The notes under the pieces are model-generated. The model was not told the DNA's origin. It searched no databases and worked only from the letters and a program-made list of their open reading frames with translations. This document shows, piece by piece, positions 1-9,106 of a stretch of DNA of 64,000 nucleotides. How positions within the stretch are numbered: position 1 is the stretch's first letter; each line of letters starts with the position of its first letter. Source of the stretch: Candidatus Thorarchaeota archaeon (lineage in GTDB: Archaea; Asgardarchaeota; Thorarchaeia; Thorarchaeales; Thorarchaeaceae); contig JBHIAE010000005.1 in NCBI GenBank assembly GCA_046758445.1, forward strand, positions 40,465-104,464, read 5' to 3'. The position numbers and the translations under genes were made by a program.

Positions 1-1813
1 CGAGAAAGTCCACGCTCTCTATGTCGTTTCCATACTTGTCCGGATCATTCTCAAGGCGGACCCGAAGGTCCTCATGACCTTCAAAGTTGGTTGCAAGAGC
101 ATCAAGCATCTCTTCCATGGGGATACTCTTCTCTTCAAACACATGTTTCCTTAACATCGAAAGAGAATCTGCAACAATCCCAACTCCAACCCCCATTATG
201 CCTCCGGAGTTGTATCTGACGCCTCCGTCTTGCATTGTCATTCCGTTTTCAAGGCAACCGTCAAGAAGTGCAGATATGAAGGGGGTTGGTGTCATCTTAG
301 AAAGCATACCAGCCGCGATTCTGTCAGCTCTCGTGAGGAGTTCGATCGCATGGTCAATCTGCTTCTCATAGGCCCCCCACAGTTCATCGAACGATTTGAA
401 CTCGTTCGGATCACCAGTTTCTAGCCCTACGAGCGTTCTGCTTCGGGGGTCCCTTCCGTTGTTCAGAGTTATCTCAAGTATCTTAGGCAGATTCACATAA
501 CCGATATTCTGTCTGGCATCTGTCTTGCCTTCGATAATTGGTTCGACACAGCCCAGAATTGAGTAGTTGTGAGCCTCATCCAGGTCTGTGCCCTTGTCAA
601 TCATCGTTGGTATTATGACCTCATCGTTGAAGATCCCTGGCATTCCAAGCCCCTTAGAGACCACATCGACAACTTTCAGCTTGAACTCTTCCGGCGTGCC
701 TTGATGCCATCTGAAAGAAACTGTTGGTTGGGTGACTCTCACGTTCGCCGTCACTTCGAGGACCAAGTCAGTCAGTTCATTACATACGTCTTTCCCTTCT
801 GCGTCCTGACCCCCAATGGTCAGGTTCTGAAACATAGGGAACCCTGCAAAGGCAACACTGTAGTACTCGTTTCTCAGTTTGATGAGCGAGGCGAACTTGA
901 TCCACAGCATTTCAAGAAGGGCAACTGCATCGTCCCTTGTCAGTTCCCCTGAATCGATACTCTTCTTGTAGAGAGGATACAAGTACTGATCGAATCTACC
1001 AGTCGAAATGGAATGGCCATTTGACTCGGTCTGCACCAACAATTGAATGAACCAGAACGACTGTATTGCCTCACGGAAGGTTCTGGCAGACTTGGCTGGC
1101 ACCCTTCGACATATCTCTGCTATCTTCAGTAGCTCTTCTCTTCTGTCCGCATCTTCCTCTTGATGGGCAAGACTCTCAGCCAAGTCAGCAAACCTGTGTG
1201 CGTAGTGAATAATCCCTTCCATAGCAATCTCGACAGACTCGTAGAAATGTTTCTGATTTGTTTCTTCGGCCCGCTTCTTTCGGTCAGATGCTTCCTCGGC
1301 AATCGCTTCAAGGCCTTCCTCTATTACTCTCTGATAATCAACAATGACATGGCCTATTCCCGTTCCAGGAGCTCCTATCGTGAACAGTCCGGCTTTCGAA
1401 GCGCGCTGAGACTCCATCGGCATTTCTTCTTTGCACAGCTCGGAGGTGCTCTTTCCACGCCAATACTCGAACACCTCTCTCAGTGCTTCTTTGTCTTTCT
1501 CGCCTATCTCAAATCTCTCTGTCCTTCTCTTGTTGAATCGGTCCAACTCTTGATTGATCCATGTCCAACTGTATTCCGGGAAGATCTGACAAGAACGGGG
1601 AGTGGGTCCCATGTTTCCAACTATGATCTCTTCCGGCTCTATACGGAGTGTCATGTTGGCGAGAACATGTGAGAAAGCCTTGGCAAGTCGAATCTGTGTT
1701 GGTTCCTCTTCATGACTCATGACGTAGTCTGTGAACCGCCTGGCTCTCTCAGATGATATTGTTGGCTGAGCCTCTAACATTCTATCGCGCAAGCGACCGG
1801 TCCGAGAGTTCAT
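1..1813 (-). CDS. Glycyl-radical enzyme (PFL2/diol-dehydratase-like), 3' end beyond the left edge
   Basis: Manual translation from ATG 1813 (MNSRTGRLRDRMLEAQPTISSERARR...) is open to the window edge. It contains FPEYSW, TGIGH, ESNGHSISTGRFDQY, FAGFPMFQNL and catalytic GCVEP (Cys codon 548-550). Absent from the ORF track because it has no stop in the window. Confidence 0.93.
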   Translation of the reverse strand, partial: MNSRTGRLRDRMLEAQPTISSERARRFTDYVMSHEEEPTQIRLAKAFSHVLANMTLRIEPEEIIVGNMGPTPRSCQIFPEYSWTWINQELDRFNKRRTERFEIGEKDKEALREVFEYWRGKSTSELCKEEMPMESQRASKAGLFTIGAPGTGIGHVIVDYQRVIEEGLEAIAEEASDRKKRAEETNQKHFYESVEIAMEGIIHYAHRFADLAESLAHQEEDADRREELLKIAEICRRVPAKSARTFREAIQSFWFIQLLVQTESNGHSISTGRFDQYLYPLYKKSIDSGELTRDDAVALLEMLWIKFASLIKLRNEYYSVAFAGFPMFQNLTIGGQDAEGKDVCNELTDLVLEVTANVRVTQPTVSFRWHQGTPEEFKLKVVDVVSKGLGMPGIFNDEVIIPTMIDKGTDLDEAHNYSILGCVEPIIEGKTDARQNIGYVNLPKILEITLNNGRDPRSRTLVGLETGDPNEFKSFDELWGAYEKQIDHAIELLTRADRIAAGMLSKMTPTPFISALLDGCLENGMTMQDGGVRYNSGGIMGVGVGIVADSLSMLRKHVFEEKSIPMEEMLDALATNFEGHEDLRVRLENDPDKYGNDIESVDFL

Positions 1814-1866
1814 CCCATGCAGTATCTCCCAGAGAGCTATTTACTCTTCCTCTTGCGGTCTTTCTT

Positions 1867-3027
1867 CTACTTGAGAAGCTTTGGAACGTAGGAATCCAAC
1901 CGCTGGATGGCTTCTTCAATCACTTCAGTAGACATGGCGTAGCATATGCGCAGGAATCCTTCGCCGTACTTGCCGAAGGCAGAGCCATGGACGGTAACAA
2001 CACCTGTTTCTTCCAGAAGTCTGATTGCCAAGTCCCAGCTGGCCAATCCATACCTTGAAACATCAGGGAACACATAGAAAGCTCCGCCTGGTGGACTCAG
2101 TTCTATTCCTTCTATTGCCTGAAGCCCCTTGGTAATGGTATCACGGCGTCTTCGGAACGTATCTGTCATCCTCTTCACAGAATCTTGGGGCCCTCTTACT
2201 GCCGCCTCGGCCGCCTTCTGAGATATTGAGGTTGGCATGGACAGGACGTGTTCTTGTAACTTCACCATACTCGATATTATCTCAGATGGCCCAGTCGAGA
2301 AACCAATTCGCCATCCAGTCATCGCGTAGGTCTTAGAGAATGAGAAGAGCGTAACAGTTCTCTCCTTCATTCCGGGCAGAGAAGCAATGAACAAGGGCTT
2401 TTCATCATCCCATCGGAACTTCTCGTATGCTTGGTCGGATAAGACCACGAGATCGTTTTCAATGGCAATCTCAGCCACTCTCTTCAGTTCCTTCGCGGGC
2501 ATTGTGCCCCCTGTAGGATTGTTCGGGAAGTTGAGTACGAGCAGCTTCGTTTTGTCTGTGATAAGGGGTTCAAGATCTTCTGCTTTGAAGGAGAACCCAA
2601 GGTCTCTCTTGAGCTGCACAGCGATACCTTTGCCGCCACACAAAGTGACATGCGCCGGGTGGCTGACAAATCCGGGATCAGGATAGATTACTTCGTCGCC
2701 GGGGTCGACAAGCACAAGGTTTGCGAGAAGCAGAGACCCCATCCCACCACCCGTGCAGATAATCTCGGTCTTGGGATCCGCCTCTATTCCGTTGTCTCGT
2801 TTCAGTTTCTCCGCAAATGCCTCACGGACTTCCAGCATTCCGGCATTCAACGTGTATTTTGTGTATCCCTCATCGATGGCTCTCTTGGCAGCATCTTTGA
2901 TATACTGAGGTGTGTCGAAATCTGGAAGTCCAACTGTCATGTCGAGTGCGTTCTCATGTCCTTTGGCCATGTTGAACATCTTGCGAATTTCGCTTGCAAC
3001 AATCATTTGGTTCCTCTGAGCGAGCAT
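1867..3027 (-). CDS. Class I/II PLP-dependent aminotransferase (aspartate aminotransferase-like)
   Basis: GLPDF, NFPNNPTG, SDQAY, SFSKTYAMTGWRIG (PLP Lys), GEGFLRI. Start moved to ATG 3027 (MLAQRNQ), preceded by GAGGAG. Confidence 0.93.
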   Translation of the reverse strand: MLAQRNQMIVASEIRKMFNMAKGHENALDMTVGLPDFDTPQYIKDAAKRAIDEGYTKYTLNAGMLEVREAFAEKLKRDNGIEADPKTEIICTGGGMGSLLLANLVLVDPGDEVIYPDPGFVSHPAHVTLCGGKGIAVQLKRDLGFSFKAEDLEPLITDKTKLLVLNFPNNPTGGTMPAKELKRVAEIAIENDLVVLSDQAYEKFRWDDEKPLFIASLPGMKERTVTLFSFSKTYAMTGWRIGFSTGPSEIISSMVKLQEHVLSMPTSISQKAAEAAVRGPQDSVKRMTDTFRRRRDTITKGLQAIEGIELSPPGGAFYVFPDVSRYGLASWDLAIRLLEETGVVTVHGSAFGKYGEGFLRICYAMSTEVIEEAIQRLDSYVPKLLK

Positions 3028-3058
3028 GGGACATCTCCTCGAGCACGCGGAGCCTTGC

Positions 3059-3136
3059 CTCTTTATATAATATGTCAATGGGGTCCGATTCAGAGGTCAG
3101 AGATTGAAGACAATGCGTCAGAGTAGATTTAAGGCA
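3059..3136. promoter_or_regulatory. Divergent promoter region with TATA-like boxes
   Basis: TTTATATAA at 3062-3070 and TTTAAG at 3128-3133 between divergent genes. Confidence 0.5.
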
Positions 3137-3180
3137 CTTGTCGGACGTGGCGCAGTATCTCTACAAATGGAGGCCACCAT

Positions 3181-3849
3181 GTGACCAGCAAGAAGACAAA
3201 GATAATCGATAGGACCCTTAGACTGTATGTAGCAGCGCTATCCGACGCGGCTGATGAAGTTGGGATTGGAAGGGTATGTATGGATCGCGGTATTGTCCCA
3301 CTGACCATCAACAAGAGGATGGCCGGATTTGCTAGAACTGGAAAGCTAGTAAGACCTCCAGCTCAGCGGCCATATGATGAGGCACAGCTAGACATGTTCA
3401 TGAGTCTCGCAACAGAGGCCCAGGTTGATGATCTGGTCGTAATCGATTCTGGAAAGGCCGATGATTGCTCTGTCTGGGGTCAGATCCTCACGAAAATCGG
3501 GATAGCAAAGGGACTAAGAGGGGCAGTCGTGGACGGGACCTCACGCGATATCGATGACATAGACAAGACAGGATTCGTAGTCTTTGCGCGTGGGTTGCAT
3601 CCTGGGACCATGAGGGGACGCCTTGACATGGAGTCGATTAGTGAGCCGATTGTTTGCGGTGGCGTGACTGTCCATCCGGGTGATCTTGTCTTTGCTGACG
3701 CTGATGGTGTTGCTGTCATTCCTCAAGACAAGATAGATGCGGTTCTTACGCATGCCGAGGAAGTTGTAGACACAGACAGCTGGTGGGCAAAGAAGCTGGA
3801 TGACGGCGAGGACCCCCACGACCTGCACAAAGAGAAACCGATACCCTAG
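3181..3849 (+). CDS. RraA / HMG-aldolase family protein
   Basis: ALSDA, DLVVID, WGQIL, VVDGTSRD, VCGGVTVHPGDLVFADADGVAVIP; GGAGG before the GTG start. Confidence 0.9.
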   Translation: MTSKKTKIIDRTLRLYVAALSDAADEVGIGRVCMDRGIVPLTINKRMAGFARTGKLVRPPAQRPYDEAQLDMFMSLATEAQVDDLVVIDSGKADDCSVWGQILTKIGIAKGLRGAVVDGTSRDIDDIDKTGFVVFARGLHPGTMRGRLDMESISEPIVCGGVTVHPGDLVFADADGVAVIPQDKIDAVLTHAEEVVDTDSWWAKKLDDGEDPHDLHKEKPIP

Positions 3850-3858
3850 CAGCAACGA

Positions 3859-4989
3859 TCACAAGTCAATTGGATACCGACCTCGTTTCTCGGCGTAGTC
3901 ATACATCTCCAGGACCTTCTCAGGTGTAGAGTCTGGCTGAATGTTGTGCGCAGGTGCTAGGAGATAGCCGCCTCCGGGAGCGAGTGCGTTTAGCCGTGTA
4001 TCAATCTCAGATCTGACATCCTCAAGCGTACCTCGTTCAGACATTGCGCGCTGAAGATCTATGCCACCATGGAAGGTCAATCGATCTCCGTACTTCTCCT
4101 TGAGGGTAGCGGAGTCCATGCCCTTTGCCAGGGGCTGGATAGGATTCAGAATGTCTACGCCCACGTCGATCAAGTCATCAATCATGGGCTCTATCGCTCC
4201 GCAACTGTGAAAGAGAACCTTAACATTGGGAGCTCTCTTGTGAATGTCACCGTAGATCTTCTTGTGCCGCGGTTTGACAAGTTTCCGATACATTCGTGGG
4301 CTCATTATCAGTCCATCTTGATGCCCCAGATCATCGCCAACCTGTACAAGGTCAAGGTACTCACCAACCTCATCTAGAAGCACGCGGTTCATGTCGAGGG
4401 CGAGCTGCATCGCCTTTTCCATCATTGCCTCTGCAAGTTTCGTGTTTTGACCTAGATCAATCAAGAATCTGTCAAACCCACGCATGTAGTGTTCCAGGAT
4501 CTCGAAGACGCCCCACGGTCCTCCTACCATTCCCACAACTGCAGTATCGGTCTTCTCATGAAGATGCTTTGCCCATTCAACCACTCCCTCCATCCTGGAA
4601 GAATCGTCGGCGTCTGGCCACTCGTACTCCTCGATTTGCTCTACTTCTTCAAAGTCAGCCCAAGGAAAATGAGTCACTTCCCAATAGTAACCGACGTATT
4701 TTCCCCGGAATCCATACTCTGTGTCTGTGGAACCGTCAGGATAGGTCTTCATCTTGAAACTAGATGATTGTTTCATGTATACTCGACGGAAATCCACATG
4801 GAGTCGACGAAGCATCTCTTCGGAGATGTTCCAAGTTTCCATTATCCCCCACTCTTGGTCCTCTGTGGCGGTCACACCAAGGTGGTTTCGCAGACTCCTA
4901 TAGGCCGCAGATGTGGTCCAATAGTCGATTGGGACTCTATCTGGTTCTTCGTGGCTTACGGCTCTATGGAATCTTTCTCTCGGCTTCAT
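3859..4989 (-). CDS. Uroporphyrinogen decarboxylase / MtaA-CmuA methyltransferase family protein
   Basis: N-terminal PRER...EPDRVP, GDDLG, FHSCG, LNPIQ, FHGGID, GGYLLAPAHNIQ. Confidence 0.88.
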   Translation of the reverse strand: MKPRERFHRAVSHEEPDRVPIDYWTTSAAYRSLRNHLGVTATEDQEWGIMETWNISEEMLRRLHVDFRRVYMKQSSSFKMKTYPDGSTDTEYGFRGKYVGYYWEVTHFPWADFEEVEQIEEYEWPDADDSSRMEGVVEWAKHLHEKTDTAVVGMVGGPWGVFEILEHYMRGFDRFLIDLGQNTKLAEAMMEKAMQLALDMNRVLLDEVGEYLDLVQVGDDLGHQDGLIMSPRMYRKLVKPRHKKIYGDIHKRAPNVKVLFHSCGAIEPMIDDLIDVGVDILNPIQPLAKGMDSATLKEKYGDRLTFHGGIDLQRAMSERGTLEDVRSEIDTRLNALAPGGGYLLAPAHNIQPDSTPEKVLEMYDYAEKRGRYPIDL

Positions 4990-5131
4990 GTTCCTTTGAC
5001 TCCTTGTGTGTCACACAATGTACTGACTCGCAGTTTAACTTCCCGTTGAGATGCAATCTCTATTAAACCTTCAGCGGAAACGTTTATCTAGCTCACGGAG
5101 TTCAAGCGTCTTCCTAAGGAGGTTGTGCAAG

Positions 5132-5287
5132 ATGGGAAAGATGAAGGTCGCGATTCTCTGTTGTCCAGAGGATTTCAGGATGGAATCGGTTGAAATCTGG
5201 AAACCGGGCCCGAGATGGCTCCTGATAAGCGTAGGACCTGTTAACGTGGGCAAGTATTTCGGACACGGGATGTATGAAGAATGGTAG
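5132..5287 (+). pseudogene. Possible N-terminal remnant of a Zn-dependent (MDR) alcohol dehydrogenase
   Basis: MKVAILCCPEDFRMESVEIWKPGPRWLLISV resembles the MDR start MKA-v-l-GP-D-r-EEv-P-PGP-evLI-V. GGAGG lies upstream; homology is lost after about 30 codons. Confidence 0.45.
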
Positions 5288-5751
5288 CACCATCTGCTGA
5301 TGATGTTAGAGTAGTTGGTATGTCGACCGTTGCCTCCGCACATGTTGTCTACGTGGAAACCGTTCGGGCCGCCTTTGGTAAGAAGGGACTCGAAGCGCTG
5401 GCCGAAGCGAATCGTCTACATGGACTGGAGCTCGGGGAGCAGGGTGTCAAGGACGGAGGTCTCAGAAAGGGTGATTTGAATTCAATTCATGACTTCTTTG
5501 CAGCTGCATATCCGTACTTCGGATTTGTCCTGGAGATTGCTGATGCATCCGATCGACTGTTGGATCTGAAAGTGACTGAATGTCCATGGATTGACACTTT
5601 CCGTACTAAGAACGCCAATGATGATATCTGCCACTGGGTCACGAAGATTGACGAAGGAATCGGTCAGGCCGTAGATCCCGGTCTCAGGATGACTCTTCCA
5701 ATGTGTATGATGCGAGGAGATGACCACTGCATCTACAGATGGGAAAAATAG
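5281..5751 (+). CDS. ATC-hydrolase / V4R-like small-ligand-binding protein
   Basis: VTECPW...C...ID.GI...CMMRGDDHCIYRW cysteine pattern. Confidence 0.75.
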   Translation: MVAPSADDVRVVGMSTVASAHVVYVETVRAAFGKKGLEALAEANRLHGLELGEQGVKDGGLRKGDLNSIHDFFAAAYPYFGFVLEIADASDRLLDLKVTECPWIDTFRTKNANDDICHWVTKIDEGIGQAVDPGLRMTLPMCMMRGDDHCIYRWEK

Positions 5752-5923
5752 CATCTGAGTAAGTCAAATCGACTCAAATCCAACAGGCATCTTTGCCTAC
5801 GAGGTCCGCGGCCACGTTCCGTCTTCAAACGACTTTAAATCAAATTAAGACACACCGGAGCTCTTAATTAACACCTTCTGAATCACCAGTGATTTGAGGA
5901 TGATTGTCTGCAGCTAGACACTT

Positions 5924-7321
5924 ATGGAGAGCCTTGTCATGGTCGATGTGAAGAAGATCACTCAACTTTTGTCCGATGCTACTAGTCCCGACAGGGTCAC
6001 TGACAAGGACTTCGATCTCATTTCCTATAGCAGAGATTTGAGCCCCGCGAAGCAGAAACTTCCATCTCACGTTGTACTGGCAGAAACCCGGGAGGAGATT
6101 CAGAAGATTCTTGCGATTGCGAACAAGAATGATGTCCCGGTCTATATACGGGGCGGAGGCACTTCCCATTGGGATGCTTTTTTGCCTCAGGAACCAGGCA
6201 TTATGGTTGACCTAGCACGTATGAATAAGGTCCTTGAAATAAACGAGAGAGACCTTGTAGTGACAGTGCAGCCGAACTGCACCTGGGCGAAGATGGATGA
6301 AGAACTACGGAAGAGAGGCCTGACGTATCTTTGCAGTGAAGCCGGAGGCCCGGCTATGACCGTGGGCGGTTCTGTCATGAAGGCAGGTGGCGGACCACAT
6401 TCCACGGCCAAGTTCGGCTTCCACGGCAACCAAGATGTGATTTGTCTGGAGATGGTGCTACCCAATGGCGACGTTGTCCAGACTGGTTCCGCGGCTTGGC
6501 CGAGTGCAGGGAAGTTTGAGCGACAATGCCTTGGACCAGACTTGGCTGGAATGTTTCTAGGAGCTGAAGGAATACTGGGTGTTTGCACCGAGTTGAGTCT
6601 TCGGATTCGTCCAGCCGTTGATTTCAAGGAACGATTGAGCGCAGTCTTACCCACACTTGACGATGTAGTTGAGTTTGGCCATTTCATAAACAGGCATGTG
6701 GGCGACGAGTACCTACAAGGAATCTACCTATGGGTTGCCCCAGACACCCCAGATCTCTTCTTCATAATGATGGACATCTTCGGATATGAGCCTGAGATTG
6801 TGAAGCACCGCAAGAAGAAGATACTGGACAAGATTGCTGAACTGGGTGGAGAGATTGCAGACCGTGCTCCAGCAGACGACTATTATGACCGCATTCTGAC
6901 AGGGCTCACAGACTTGTTCACTGCTGGTGTCTGGCACTTCTTTGGTGCTGGGTCTCTCAGAATAGATGACATCAAGTTCCTGTACAAGATATGGCGAGAG
7001 GAGTTACTTGAGAAACGTGGCTACACGAAGGCTGGATTCGGTGGACAGGTCCTACCACGAAGATGGCTGGCTTTCATGGTCACTAACTACAAGGAGCCAG
7101 AGGAATGGGAGGAACTTGTGAAGATGGCCGACGAGATCGACGAGATGACCTTGAAAGGCCCGGTAGTACCCTACGGAGTGGGAGGACGAGACGGGCTTCG
7201 CCAATTCGTGGCTTCGCATGATACAGGCTACTATCGATTGCTCAAGACACTCAAGCAGACTTTGGACCCAAAGAACATTCTACAGCGAGGCATATTCATC
7301 CCGGAGGAGGAGTTGCAGTGA
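5924..7321 (+). CDS. FAD-binding oxidoreductase (GlcD / VAO-PCMH fold)
   Basis: RGGGTS, TVGG, LEMVLPNG, GPDLAGMFLGAEGILGV, C-terminal LKQTLDPKNIL. Confidence 0.9.
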   Translation: MESLVMVDVKKITQLLSDATSPDRVTDKDFDLISYSRDLSPAKQKLPSHVVLAETREEIQKILAIANKNDVPVYIRGGGTSHWDAFLPQEPGIMVDLARMNKVLEINERDLVVTVQPNCTWAKMDEELRKRGLTYLCSEAGGPAMTVGGSVMKAGGGPHSTAKFGFHGNQDVICLEMVLPNGDVVQTGSAAWPSAGKFERQCLGPDLAGMFLGAEGILGVCTELSLRIRPAVDFKERLSAVLPTLDDVVEFGHFINRHVGDEYLQGIYLWVAPDTPDLFFIMMDIFGYEPEIVKHRKKKILDKIAELGGEIADRAPADDYYDRILTGLTDLFTAGVWHFFGAGSLRIDDIKFLYKIWREELLEKRGYTKAGFGGQVLPRRWLAFMVTNYKEPEEWEELVKMADEIDEMTLKGPVVPYGVGGRDGLRQFVASHDTGYYRLLKTLKQTLDPKNILQRGIFIPEEELQ

Positions 7322-8514
7322 GAATCGAGGAATTCAAGGATATGATCTATGCCTGCGGCAGGTGCAACTTCTGTAGAGGCACAGATTTCAATGAGCGCTG
7401 CCCAGAGGTGTTCACTCAGTTGTGGGAATCATCCACACTCCGCGGTCGGATGGCGATTGCCAGAGGAATCCTTGAGGGTCAACTTGACTATTCAGACGAC
7501 TTGGCTGAGCGCATCTTCGGATGCTTCATGTGTGGGCGGTGCAGAGAGGAGTGCAAGAAGGCTGCTCAGATTGATGCTATTGCCATCACTAAAGCAATGC
7601 GAGCAGATTTTGTCGATAAAGGTGTCAAGATTCCCGAGGGTGGCACCAACATGGTAGATACTGCCATAGACTCAGGTAACATCTTCGCTGACACTCCTGC
7701 TAGACATACGAAGTGGGCTGAGGGATTGACATTCAAGGAGGGCTCAGGGACTCTATTCTATCCCGGATGTCTGGCAAGTCATAGATTCAAAGAGAAGACT
7801 AACATCTTGGTCAAAGTCCTACAAGCCGCGGGATACGAGCTCGACTTCCTGGGCGACGACCAGACATGCTGCGGTACACCATTTTGGATATCAGGAAAGG
7901 TCGGGAATGCGAAGGAATGGGCCGAGAACTACCTCAAGAAGCTGAATGCACGCGGAGTGAAGGAGATCATTACTCCATGTCCGAGCTGCTTCAGAGCTTT
8001 TGATGAAGAGTATCCAGCTCTGTTGGGACTGGAGGAGTTTCCAATCCGAATCAGGCACACCAGTGAAGTGCTCGAAGAGATAGTGGACAAGAAGAAGCTG
8101 AAGTTCAAGGTTTCTCTTGACAAGCGTGTCACCTATCACGATCCATGTGAGATTGGACGGTATAGAGAGATCTATGATCCTGGTAGGAAGGTTTTGTCCT
8201 CACTGCCAGGAGTAGAGTATGTGGAAATGTCAAGATACCGTGAGGAGGCATTCTGTTGCGGTGGAGGTGGCGGTGTCAAGATCATGTACGAGAATCACTC
8301 AAACAAAGTCGCCGAGGAACGAATCAATGACTTCATCGACACGGAGGCCGACATTCTAACTACAGTTTGTCCTGCCTGCGAAATGAACCTTACTCATGGC
8401 ACCTATGCGGCGGATGTCGAGGCGAGAGTTCTGGACATTGCTGAACTGATTGCGGTTGCCGCAGGAATTGTAGACAAGGGAATCCTTGAGCCAGACTATT
8501 TCCCAGAAGATTGA
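7318..8514 (+). CDS. Fe-S oxidoreductase with CCG domains (GlcF/HdrD-like)
   Basis: CGRCNFC...CP, CFMCGRCREEC, YPGC, TCCG, TPCPSC, YHDPC, CCGGGGG, VCPAC. GTGA overlap with the upstream gene. Confidence 0.92.
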   Translation: MRIEEFKDMIYACGRCNFCRGTDFNERCPEVFTQLWESSTLRGRMAIARGILEGQLDYSDDLAERIFGCFMCGRCREECKKAAQIDAIAITKAMRADFVDKGVKIPEGGTNMVDTAIDSGNIFADTPARHTKWAEGLTFKEGSGTLFYPGCLASHRFKEKTNILVKVLQAAGYELDFLGDDQTCCGTPFWISGKVGNAKEWAENYLKKLNARGVKEIITPCPSCFRAFDEEYPALLGLEEFPIRIRHTSEVLEEIVDKKKLKFKVSLDKRVTYHDPCEIGRYREIYDPGRKVLSSLPGVEYVEMSRYREEAFCCGGGGGVKIMYENHSNKVAEERINDFIDTEADILTTVCPACEMNLTHGTYAADVEARVLDIAELIAVAAGIVDKGILEPDYFPED

Positions 8515-8568
8515 CTGCACGGAAGCTGATCCCTGTCGCAATCCTTGATGCAAGAAGCTGCAACAGCA

Positions 8569-8859
8569 CTACCCGCCGACGGCTGCTATCATGAAGACAA
8601 TGAGGTCTCCTTTTGAGAGCTTGGTCCTCTCTCCCTGATGTGCGACCATGTTCTTCCCATTCACAAGAACGATTGCGTCGCGCCTGAGTCTTCTACTCCC
8701 CTTCTCTTCAAGGTAGGGTTCAAACCTGTCTTCAAACTTGTCCTGTAGCTCGTCAATCAGGTCTCTCACGGTCGCTCCCTCTTTAGTTTCAAAGCTAAAC
8801 TTATCATGTTCGTGGGATTTCAATCCGCGATTCATGAGCTTCACGAAGACTTCAGTCAT
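8569..8859 (-). CDS. MoaD/ThiS/SAMP ubiquitin-like sulfur carrier
   Basis: 96 aa beta-grasp pattern (ATVRDLI, VLVNG, LSKGDLIV) ending in AVGG. Confidence 0.9.
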   Translation of the reverse strand: MTEVFVKLMNRGLKSHEHDKFSFETKEGATVRDLIDELQDKFEDRFEPYLEEKGSRRLRRDAIVLVNGKNMVAHQGERTKLSKGDLIVFMIAAVGG

Positions 8860-9106
8860 TTGACCACACCTTTGGCCTTGTGGTCTAGATACCTAAAGTT
8901 TAAGTTAAATATGACGGAGCTGGACTCTAGCAGGCAGGCATTAGACATATTCTAGGTCTTAAAGTGTTGAATCCTCTACTGAGTGTTGAACAATGCGTTG
9001 CTTTGTCTGCACGAAAGAGATATAGCCTATTCATGGTTCGCGCATTGTACAAACGAGAACAGGGAATTAGCCACTGACAGGGAAAAGCGAAGGTTGCTGG
9101 TCTACG

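Noticed and set aside
87-1672. Plus-strand ORFs at 87, 230, 569 and 1160
   Set aside because: Antisense shadows of the glycyl-radical enzyme gene.
8569-8859. Eukaryote-like ubiquitin system
   Set aside because: Sequence is MoaD/SAMP-like, with no E1, E2, RING or JAB genes nearby; better explained by tungstopterin synthesis for AOR.
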